This document shows, one piece after another, positions 26,264 to 36,732 of a stretch of 64,000 nucleotides of DNA. Every line of letters begins with the position of its first letter. Positions within the stretch are counted from its first letter, which is position 1. Below the pieces are notes generated by a model, which ran no database searches, was not told the DNA's origin, and saw only the letters and a list, made by a program, of their open reading frames with translations. Where the stretch lies: positions 372,001 through 436,000 of the forward strand of contig JASTWF010000342.1 of assembly GCA_030390025.1 (NCBI GenBank), given 5' to 3'. The DNA comes from Squalus acanthias. Taxonomy: Eukaryota. Position numbers and translations under genes: made by a program.

Positions 26264-26902
26264 CTAATGCAAAAGCAAAATACTGCGGATGCTGAAAATA
26301 AAATCTGAAATAAATATAGAAAGTGCTGGAAATACTCAGCAAGTCAGGCAGCATCTGTGGAGAGAGAAACAGAGTAAATGGGCTGAATTTTCCAGGGTGG
26401 TAGCAGACGAGATTGGTGGCGGGTTGGGTGGGAAAGTTGTTATTTTTGACAGCGAGTCGGGAACCCACTGTCATCTCGCTCCCACGCGCCTTTCCCCCAG
26501 GCACGTCTGTCAGCGCAGAGCCAACCCGGCTGACAGCAGCAGGGGACCCAATTGAGATGATTATCAGGTAGTTTAGAGACTTTTTTTCACTTACTTTTTA
26601 AATTTCCCTTCCTACCCTGGATGGTGAGGGAAATACACTTTTCATTGGCCATTCTCACCTGTTGCCTTCCAACTCAACAGTAATTACAGTGAATTGATCT
26701 GCACTATTAAAAATGACATATACCATTTAAATAAATTTCTGTATTGCTTCTGGTCAGGTTTTTCTCACAGTATACTGTGATTGTCCAGTTACACGTTAAA
26801 TCAAGCCATCAACTGTAACATTTCATTTTCATTACTCATTCAACGTTCAATTTGCTTTCAGTCCCTGATTATAACTAATTAAATTTTTCAGTATGAGACT
26901 TT

Positions 26903-27058
26903 GGGGGTGAATTTCTGCGGAGGTTCTCTCACTTGTCCATTGTTAACTTCAATGGAAGAGCTGCAGAAATCCCAGAAACATATAAGCACCACTTACACTG
27001 TTTGTCAGGGTTTCCGCAACTCTACCGCTGAACTTGCATGAGATTGTAAATCCTCCCC
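26903..27058. mobile_element. Harbinger-type MITE
   Basis: GGGGGTGAATTT ... AAATCCTCCCC flanked by TTT/TTT. Confidence 0.55.
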
Positions 27059-27606
27059 TTTACAATTACATTTAAAATTTGCTTAATTTTATATATTACC
27101 TTAATTTTATATATTGACATTTATCAGTTACTGATACAAAAGTCTATGGGGGAGAAATTCGGCATGTTAGCGCCTCCCATTAGTGCCAGGGGCGGCTCTA
27201 ATGGGTTTACGAATCCAATACAGCACGTGACATTCACCCGGGATTTAGCGCTGCCAATAACATTTAGTGCCTATGCCTTTAGCGGCTGCCAGATCGGGAT
27301 GTCAATGCGTGTGGAACTCCCCGTTATGCAAAATTGACTGCCGCCCCCTGCCTTAGCGCCTGGCGTGAACAACAGCAGGAGGAGGAGGCGTGATGCAGTC
27401 GGATGGCCGCTGTAGGAGCGCTATTTAAAGGGATCAACATCCGGTTTCAATTTAGTCACCAATCAATGCTGCCTTCTCAGTTTGACATAGAGAAACAGCT
27501 GGTTTTGGTGAGGTAAACATTTATTACTTTCAGGAGTGTTCTGGCTGCTAAAAATTTGTCAGCTTCATTGTGCTGAGATTTCAAACTCCTATACTTGGAT
27601 GCGTTA

Positions 27607-28735
27607 TTGGGGGCTGTACTGGCACTCGACCTCACCCTCTAGCATCAACGTCGGAGGCAGAGACAAAGATTGGAAAATGTGGCCAGAGGGAGGAGGGCCA
27701 ACATGGCTGTCAGCAGGCAGCCTTACCCTCCCAGGGTATTCCGGGAGCACTTCTCCTACATATCTTTAACTGAGGAGCAGTGTCTTAGAAGGCTCCGCTT
27801 CATCAAGGAGGTGGTCACAGAGCTCTGCCACCTCCTGCAGCCAGACCTCGAGCCTCAGATCAGGACCAGGATCAGGATCAGTGGCAGTCAAGGTCACCGT
27901 CGCCCTCAATTTGTATGCCAGTGGATCCTTCCAGTCTGCAGCAGGAGACATATCTAATATTTCGCAGTTCGCCATCCATTGCTGCATCTGAGAGGCTCTC
28001 TACAAAAGGAGAAGGGACTACATTTCCTTCCCCATGACCAGAGACAAGCAGGACGAGCGTGCATGTGGCTTTGCCAGGATAGTGGGCTTCCCCATGGTGC
28101 AGAGCGCCATTGACTGCACCCACGTGGCTTTGCAGGCACCCCGTAACAATCCTGAGGTATTCGGTAACCGCAAAGGCTACCACTCACTTAATGTGCAGTT
28201 GGTGTGTGACCACAGACAGCGAAACCTCACCGTCAATGCCTGCTATCCTGGCAGCAGCCACGATGCCTTCATCCTGTGCCAGACCGGTGTTCCAGCACTC
28301 TTCCAGCCACCACATCAAGCTCACAGCTGGCTGGTCGGAGACAAGGGCTATCCGCTCTCCACCTGGCTCATGACTCCCCTTCGCAACCCCAACACTGCTG
28401 CTCCGCACTCTCATACAATGAGAGCCATGCCACCACCGCGAGCAGACCATCGGAGTGCTCAAGCAATGGTTCTGCTTGACCACTCGGGAGGAGCCCTCCA
28501 GTACTCGGCTGAGCGGGTGTCCCTTTTCGTCGTGGTGTGCTGCATGCTGAATAACTTGGCCATCATGAGGGCCCAGCCATTGCCACCTGGCATAGCGGCA
28601 CCACCTCAGGAGGAGGAAGAGGGAGAAAAGGAGGAGGAGGATGAGGAGGAACAGCAGTGAGGGAGGAAGCAGCCACTCAATCGGCCTTCTGGAAGGACGG
28701 TCCGTGACCTCCTCATCAGATTGCGGTTCCAATAA
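27607..28735 (+). pseudogene. Harbinger transposase, frameshifted
   Basis: [31 protein letters not shown] and GDKGYPL motifs in ORF 28034..28660; N-terminal part in 27670..27957. Confidence 0.92.
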
Positions 28736-28897
28736 ATTCTACCCCACATCCCGGTTGGTGACCACATCCCCATCATTCCATGCATTTAGTTTGCCAAATC
28801 ACAGCGCAAAGCTGAAATGAGAGACACCACAAAATCAGCAACATCCCATTAATAAATTTACCAACATTCAGTAAACTCATACATACAACAATATTAA

Positions 28898-30793
28898 CTA
28901 ATCACCCTTGTGCAGACCCTTACTTCCCCTCTTTACAGTGCCTTTTCCTAATCTACTGCTCCTATGTAGTCTGTCCCCAGTGGCTGCAGCAGGGCTGGTG
29001 GAAGGCTGCTGAGTGTCCATGCGGGAGACTTCAGATGTCCTTGCAGGATGACCTCGACCAGTTCTGAGCCTGGAAGGCCCGGCTGTAGACTGCACCACCT
29101 CAGGCTGGAGGGCGGCAGTCTGGCCTGGCTTGATGACAGGCAGCGACAAGGGCAATGGCGGCGTGGCAGTGGTGGGAGCAGGAATGCTGTCATCCTGAGA
29201 GAGGACAGCAGCTTCCTGCTCAACTGACCCACTGCCACTCCCCCAGGGCAGCACCTCAGCAACCCTACCAATCTGCTGGAGCACAGATTGATGGCCTGCT
29301 GCGACACGTGATATCCCCATTGGACTGTGGTGGACCCAGCAACAATGGCAGCAGTCAGAGTTGGTGTGGCATCAAGCTGAGACTGCATGAGAGCAGTCTG
29401 AGATTCGATGGCAGCAACCATTGACTGCATTACACCACTAAGACGTTGCGTGGCTTCCGCCTGTGCTGCAATGGAAGCTGCCACATCGCCCATGACACGT
29501 GGCATCAGGTCTGGGTCCCCACGGTCTCTCAGGGAGTCCACTGTCCTTTGCAGACTGCCAAGGATGGGTTCCATGGTGTGCGCAGAGCTCTGTGCAATAT
29601 TGGAGGCGGACTCCTCCACGCTCCTTACCAATGCCGATAGGCTCTCGGGCACCCTTCCCTTGCACCTATGTTCTCCGTGTGCATGCCCATCACCCTTCTT
29701 GTGAACGCTTCCCCATTGAGGTCCTCATCTGAGTCCTGTGCAGCAGAACTCGGGTGTGAACTCACCCTCCGGGGAGCTGGCTCCCGAGCTACCCTTTCCC
29801 CCTGGCCTTGCTGCAGCCCACTCATCCCCGGTGCATCACCCAGTGCAGACCCCTCTACTAAACTTGCCTCTAAAGATCGCGTAGTACCAGTATCTGAGGT
29901 GGTGTCTGCAGGTGAGACATGCAGTGACACGGTCCTTTCTTCCTCCTCCTCTTCTCCCGCCTCACTCTCACTGGGAGGCTCAGGGACAGGCTGGTCATCT
30001 GGTTGCTGATTACCTGAAAACATAAAGGCACACGCGTTAAGGTGAGGGCAGGGGGGCAGGAAGGGAGCAAGGAATGCGGACAGTATAATGAGCTGGAAAG
30101 TGGGAAAGGCTTGTGCTGTGAGGGGGAAGTGGGATGAGAGAAGGAGAGGGGATGAACAAAACGTTGTTGCTCCCAAGGGAGTCGATGTCGCCAACGGCCA
30201 CGGCGCCCACCACCTGGCGCCCAGTGACTCTCAACACTCGCTCCTCCAGGTCTGTAAGCTGTTGGATGTCCACTTCACCCCTGCCTGTTCGTTGCTGCTC
30301 CCTCTTATTGTGGGCCAGCTAGCCTGCAAGAGAAAGGAAAGTGTGTGAGTGAGTGTGCAGCTGTGTGTTTGGGAGATGTGCCTGCCATAGTTGAATAGCT
30401 GTGATTGTAGGCAAGGCGTGAGATGTGGATGTGAGTTTTAGTGGGTGGAGATGCTTGGTAGGTGAGTGGTGGGGGTGTGGTGGTTTGTGCAGTGTGTACA
30501 GACTGAGGTTCAGATGCTGGTATGTCGGACTTGTTGAAGCGTGTACTCACCCTGACCACCCGAGTGAGGTCGTTGAATTTTTTCCAGCACTGTGTAAGGG
30601 TCCTGAGGACCACACTGCTGTCCGAGACGTCCTGCTCCACTTCCCTCCACATTGCCCTGAAGACCTGTAGCAATGGCCTCCTGCCAGTGGCCGGGAACAG
30701 CACTGCCCTCCTTCTTTCGACAGCCCAGACCAATGCCTCCAATGCCTGTTCGCTGAAACGGCGAGCTCTCTCCCTGGGACTGGGATCAGCCAT
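28898..30793 (-). pseudogene. Myb/SANT-like partner gene, 3 exons (30793-30551, 30323-~30161, 30013-28898), frameshifted
   Basis: MADPSPRERARRFSEQALEALV...WREV...TQCWKKFNDLTRVVR then a GTGAGT donor; colinear with copy D. Confidence 0.88.
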
Positions 30794-31606
30794 GAGGATA
30801 AGAGGTGTAGCTGTTGAGTTGCTTGGAGGTCGCCTTCAGAACCAGCAATGTTGAGAATGAGGTTGTGCTGAATGATTGAACCTGGAAGGAGCCAGTGTGA
30901 ATGATGAGTCCTGATTGGACTGCACCTGAAATTGGTTACAGCTCTGCAGGTAGCGCCCCGCTCTCTGTGTGTAGCACCCTAAGTTAGGTGATTAGCGCTT
31001 AATTTAGTGCTACAGTTCTCTCTTGGAGCACTAACAATCAATTTAGCGGGAGGTCAGAAGGATTAGCGGCTGGCGCTAATTCTCCAACTTTTTAAAATTT
31101 AGCGCCCCAACGGGGCGATGCCAAATTTCTAGCCCTGAAGGTTTGTGACTAAAGCATCAATAACTTCCCAATTAATGTACTTTTTAAATTATGTTCTTGA
31201 TCGTATTCATATTACTTAATGATATTATTTAAGTATTTCTTTGTCACTCATATCTAACTTTTATTATATTATTGTACAGTAAAGATTCAACACCCATTTT
31301 GTTAGATTAAACATCAAATGTAATGTGGCCATGGTCCCTTTAAATATCTTGGTTGAAAACGCGTCATGAATGATGTCACCAGACCCGCTCCATCTAATTG
31401 GGCCGGGTAACGCGCTGGGTGGGCTTAATAGGCCCCATTAAGGTAAGTTCATTTTCTACAGTGGGATGGCGCAGGCAGCGGGGTCGCGACCCCATGGACA
31501 CCGGCCGCACTGGACCCACCCAGGTAAGCAAAATTCCAGCCAACGTTGCAGGTCAATGACCTCTCGTGCGAACTGTTCTGACAAAATGTCATTGACCTGA
31601 AATGTT

Positions 31607-32440
31607 GGGGGGAATTTTGCCAGCCCTGGGGAGGTGGGACTGCCGGGATAATGGCAGAATCTGGGGGCGGGTGCCCATCCCGCCCCCAACCCGCCTCCGT
31701 GCCATCTTCCCAGGAGGCGGGTAGCCCACCCGCGCTGGGAGCTGCCTCCCCGAGATGGGAAGGGGATTACAGCCACTTAACTGCCTGTTAACAGGTAGTT
31801 AACAGGCAGTTAAGAGGATTATCCCCATTGTACCCCTGCAGGTGCGGGCTTCCCGACATCGGGAAACCCCACCAGGGTCACTGAGGCGAGCAGTGGGTCT
31901 GCGGGGGTCGGAGGGGTCCAAAAGTGCGCTGTAGAGGTGAGTGATGGGTGCAAGTGTGGAGAGGTAAGTATGGGAGGTGAGTGTAAAGTGATAGAAAATG
32001 TTTACTTACCTTTGTTTCTTCCTGCAGGCTTCAACAGTTGGGGATCCAGAGACTCCGGCATCTCACCGGCAGAGATGACAGAATGGCTGCTGCATTCTCC
32101 GATGCAACAGCCATCTGATTTCTGCTCACAAAATAGATTTGATGAGTCTTGAATACATCGACTCATCAAACAACAGAGAATGTCAGTGTTTGACAGCTTC
32201 TTAAATCTGTCAAACAATGACAATTCATCTGTTAAAAATTTTTGACAGATGAAACGTCATACGCTGACGCTCTCTGTAACTGGCTTCCCCTTAATTGGCC
32301 TGCTAAGCCCGCTGGGCAGGCTTAACAAGATCAATCAAGGGAAAATAGCATGGGTTGCCCAGAAGTCAATGGAGGCGGGACTGAAACCCTACAAGTGGGA
32401 GTCCCGCCTCCAAAAGCTCCCCATTGGCAAAATCCAGCCC
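31607..32440. mobile_element. Non-autonomous Harbinger element Y (834 bp)
   Basis: TIRs GGGGGGAATTTTGCCA and TGGCAAAATCCAGCCC; exact GTT/GTT TSD. Confidence 0.88.
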
Positions 32441-32589
32441 GTTAACTCTGTCTCTCTCTCCACATATGCTGCCTGACCTGCTGCGTATTTTCAGCACTTG
32501 TTGTTTTTATTTCAATGTTCTCCCCTATTTTTTTTGGGTGCGTGGTCCTTTTAACGGGCTGTGCAGGACCTCCAGACAGCTGTGCAGTC

Positions 32590-32740
32590 ACACAGCTTAG
32601 TGAGCACAGGGGTGGTGGGTGATTGGGACTAGCTGCGTGTTTGGATACGTGCAGCAGAGTTTTAGATGAGATCAAGTTCATTGAGGGTGGAAGATGGGAG
32701 GCTGGCCATGAGAACATTGGAATAGTCGAGTCCGGCAAAT
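32590..32740 (-). mobile_element. L2 LINE relic, probably continuous with 22320..22376
   Basis: Reverse strand resembles L2 12710-12790 (gactattccaatg..ctggccagcctccca..catctaaaactctgctgc). Confidence 0.55.
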
Positions 32741-33039
32741 AACACATAAGTGTAATGTTATGCATGTTGGTAGCACCAAAACAGAATACGCTCTCATATT
32801 TAAAAATGTATTTATTTATTGCTCATCCCTAGTTGCCCTTGAGAAGGTGGTAGTGAGCTGCCTTCTTGAATCACTGTGGCCTGGGGCAGGGGAAGGAGCA
32901 GAGGGCGAACATGATGCAGCTGTGAAGGGGGTGGGGGTGGAAGAACATGATCCAGGCCTAACAGAGGACGGGAGAACGTAATCTATCTTCCCATCTGAAT
33001 CACATTCTTGCTCTTATCCCCCTCCTTTAAAATTGGATC

Positions 33040-35862
33040 ACGTTTTCCCCACCCCCCCCCCACCGTTCTCACCGTGCTCCCCCCGAATAAGTTCCTGACC
33101 TGCTCTCCCCGAGTTTCTGACCTTCCCCCACATCTCCTGAACTTCGCCACCCCCCCCCCCCGAGCTCCTTACCCTCAGATCCCCTCTGTCTCTTTCCGAT
33201 CTCCCCTCTCTCTCTCCCCCTCCGATCTCCCTCTCTCCCCCCCTCTGATCTCCCCTCTCTCTCCCCCCCCTCCGATCTCCCCTCTCTCTCCCCTTCCAAT
33301 CTTCTCTCGCTGCCCTCTCCGATCTCCCCTCCCCCACTCCAATCTTCTCTCTCTCCCCCTCTGGTCTCTGGACAAGTTGGCCATGGTAGATTGGGAGACT
33401 ACACTAAAAGGTATGAAGGTGGACATACAATGGCTAACATTCAAGGAAATAATGCATAATTTGCAACAAACCTATATTCCTCTAGGGCATTAAAAACCCA
33501 AAAGGAAAAGTGATCCAACCATGGCTAACAAAAGAAATTAAAGCCAGTATTAAGTCAAAGGAGGAAGCTTATAAAGTTGCCAGAAAAAGCAGTCAGCCTG
33601 AGGATTGGGATCTTTTTAAAAAGCAGCAAAGGGGGACCAAGAAATTGATAAAGAAAGGGAAAATGGAATATGAGCGCAAACTAGCGAAAAATATAAAAAT
33701 GGATTGTAAAAGTTTCTATAGGTATGTGAAAAGGAAAAGACTGGCAAAGATAAGTGTAGGTCCTTTACAGTCAGAGATGGGAGAATTTATAATGGGGAAT
33801 GAGGAAATGGCTGAGAAATTAAATAAATACTTTGTTTCTGTCTTCACGGAGGAAGACACAAAACACCTTCCAGAAATATGAGAAAACGAAGGGTGTGGTG
33901 AGAATGAGGAACTTAAAGAAATTATTATTAGTAAAAAAACAGTACTAGCAAAATTAATGGGACTAAAAGTCGATAAATCTCAAGGACCGGATGACCCACA
34001 TCCTAGGGTTTTGAAAGAGGTGGCCATTGGGATAGTGGACGCATTGGTTGTCATCTTCCAAAATTCTATAGATTCTGGAACGGTTCCTGCAGATTGGAGA
34101 ATAGCAAATGTAACCCCACTATTTAACAAAGGAGGGAGAGAGAAAACGGGGAACTACAGACCTGTTAGCCTCACATCAGTCGTTGGGAAAATGCTGGAAT
34201 CTATTATAAAGGATGCAATAACTGGGCACTTAGAAACTAATAATAAGATTGGGCAGAGTCAACATGGATTTATGAAAGGAAAATCCTGTTTGACAAACCT
34301 ATTGGAGTTCTTTGAGGATGTAACTAGTGGAGTAGACAAAGGAGAACCAGTAGATGTGGCGTATTTGGATTTTCAGAAGGCCTTCGATAAGGTCCCACAC
34401 AAGAGGTTGGTGAACAAAATTAGGGCACATGGAATTGGGGGGTAATATACTAGCATGGATTGAGAATTGGTTAACAGACAGAAAACAAAGAGTAGGGATA
34501 AATAGGTCTTTTTCAGGATGGCAGGCTGTGACTAGTGGGGTACCGCAAGGATCAGTGCTTGGGACCCAGCTATTCACAATCTATATCAATGATTTGGATG
34601 AGGGAACTAAATGTAACATTTCCAAATTTGCTGATGATACAAAGCTAGGTGGCAGTGTCAGATGCGAAGAGGCTTCAGAGGGATCTCAACAGGCTCAGTG
34701 AGTGGGTGAGAACATGGTAGATGGAATATAATGTGGATAAATGTGAAGTTATCCACTTTGGTCAAAAAAACAGAAAGGCAGAGTATTTCCTAAATGGTGA
34801 AAGATTGGGGAAAGCAGATGCTCAAAGGGACCTGGGTGTCCTTGTACATGAGTCACTGAAAGTGAATGTGCAGGTGCAGCAAACCATTAGGAAGGCAAAT
34901 GGTATGCTGGCCTTCATTACAAGAGGATTTGAGTACAGGAGTAAATAAGTCTTACTCCAATTATATAGGGCCTTGGTGAGACCACACCTGGAGTACTGTG
35001 TGCAATTTTGGTCTCCTTACCTAAGGAAGGATATACTTGCCATAGAGGGAGTGCAACGAAGGTTCATGAGATTGATTCCTGGGATGGCGGGACTGTCGTA
35101 TGAGAAGAGATTGAGTAAACTCTTGAATTCAGAAGAATGAGAGGGGAGCTCATTGAAGCATACAAAATTATTACAGGGCTTAATAGGGTGGATGTTGGGA
35201 GAATGTTTCCCTTGGCTGGGGAGTCTAGAACCAGGGGCCACAGCCTCAGGATAAAGGGTAGGTCATTCAGGACTGAGATGAGAAGAAATTTCTTCACACA
35301 GAGGGTGGTAAATCTTTGGAATTTTCTACCCCAGAGGGCTGTGGAGGCTCAGTCATTGGGTATATTCAAAACAGAAGTTGATAGATTTCTGACTAGTAAG
35401 GGCATCAAGGGATATGGCGATAGGGCCGGTGAATGGAGTTGAGGCAGAAGATCAGCCATGATCTCATTGAATGTCGGAGCAGGCTCGAAGGGCCGAATAG
35501 CCTACTCCTGCTCCTATTTCTTATGTTCTTATGTTCCTCTCCCTCCCCCTCCGATCTCCTCTCTCTCCCCCTCAGATCTCTCCTCTCTCTCTCCCCCCTG
35601 ATCTCCTCTCTCTCCTCCTACAATCTCCTCTCTCTCTCCCCCTTCGATCTCTTCTATCTCCCCCTCTCTGATCTCCCCTCTCTCCAATCTCTCTGCTCTC
35701 TCTCTCCCCCTCCAGTCTCTTCTCTCTCTCCCGATCCGGTCCTCTCTCTCCCTCTCTGATCTCCTCTCTCCAATCTCTCCTCTCTCTCTCCTCCTCCAAT
35801 CTCCTCTCTCTCCCCCGTTCGATCCTCTCTTTCCGCCTTCGATCCTCTCTCTTCCCCCCCCC
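33040..35862. repeat. CT-rich degenerate tandem repeat (ccgatctcctctctctcc-like units) split by a CR1
   Basis: The same pyrimidine-rich units occur at 33170-33365 and 35537-35862, on either side of the CR1. Confidence 0.8.
33365..35536 (+). mobile_element. 5'-truncated CR1 LINE
   Basis: ORF2 pieces 33510..33881, 33957..34445, 34429..34701 and 35137..35442; (TTATGTTC)n tail. Confidence 0.95.
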
Positions 35863-36732
35863 ACTGCATCCCGGCCACCAACAGATCCCCGATCTTCTCC
35901 GCATGGAGCCGAGGAAAGGCCGCTGTGGCACCGTTGGGTACTGCGCATGCACGGCTCCGGTATACCGCGTGCAGAATGCCGCAAAGGTGTTCATGCAAAT
36001 AATCACAATGATAAGGCTAGCAGAATGGGCAGACAAGTGGCAGACGGAATTTAATACAGTGAAGTGTGAGGTGATGCATTTTGGCAGAAGGAACAGGGAG
36101 AGGCAATATACACTTAATGGCACAGTTTTAAAGAGTGTGCAGGGACAGAGGGACCTGGGAGTTAATGTGCATAAGTCCCTGAAGGTGGCAGGACATATTG
36201 AGAGATGGTTAGCAAAGCATATGGGATCTTGGGCTTCATAAATAGAGGTATTGGGCTCGATTTTGCCAGGCCCGAGGAGGTGGGATTGGAGGCGTGAGGT
36301 GGTAAAATCACAAAAGAAGGCGGGCGGGCCTGATCCCGCCTCCGAGAAATTTTCCCACATGCGTGTTTTCTGACCCCGTTTCCATCCCGCCTCCAAGAGG
36401 CGGGATAGGCCCTTAAGGCCCTTAACAACCACTTACTTGCCTCTATAATCCCATTTTGAGAGGCCTTTCTGATTTTAACACTTTTCCCAGGTGCTGCACG
36501 TCTCCTCTGGAACATGCCAGTGAATCCTGGCGACATCACAAGTGGATTGCTTACTAACAGCTGCAGCTCCACTATTAAAAAGGAGTTTTCAGCAATCGTC
36601 ATTTGCAGGTGGCAGAACTTTGTTGTCTCAGGTCTGGGGAACTATTAGCAGGCATACCCATTGTTCTGGAAGTTTGGAGCCTGACACCAATCTCCAGTGT
36701 GACCTCCTGGGAAACCCCTCTCCCCACCTTGA

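Larger units (their letters stand above)
27148..31135 (+). mobile_element. PIF/Harbinger DNA transposon copy B (family 2), full length, degenerate
   Basis: 18-bp TIRs GGGGGAGAAATTCGGCAT and ATGCCAAATTTCTAGCCC; convergent transposase and Myb genes; TSD not clean (TAT/TGA). Confidence 0.92.
26380..31541. mobile_element. Non-autonomous Harbinger element X (family 1 ends) with AT-rich interior; hosts copy B and a MITE
   Basis: TIRs GGGCTGAATTTT and AAAATTCCAGCC; TSD AAT/AAC; 31330-31450 resembles the right subterminal region of copy A (4800-4920). Confidence 0.75.
26266..32515. repeat. Palindromic Penelope-like terminal repeat split into three pieces (26266-26379, 31542-31606, 32441-32515) by two Harbinger derivatives
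   Basis: The rejoined pieces follow the 48500..48911 element: ..gagagagaaacagagt-aacgttgcaggtc...ctgacaaaatgtcattgacctgaaatgtt-aactctgtctctctctcc. Confidence 0.8.

Noticed and set aside
6741..26703. Possible minus-strand host gene joining 26703-26659, 10029-9985 and 6773-6741 (SPVNGTLSST*)
   Set aside because: Phases are incompatible at the middle exon, the first piece is inside a transposon, and the protein is not recognisable.
35529..36432. Long Arg/Glu/Gly-rich ORFs (also 33008-33493)
   Set aside because: Translation artefacts of the CT-rich tandem repeat crossing several element boundaries.
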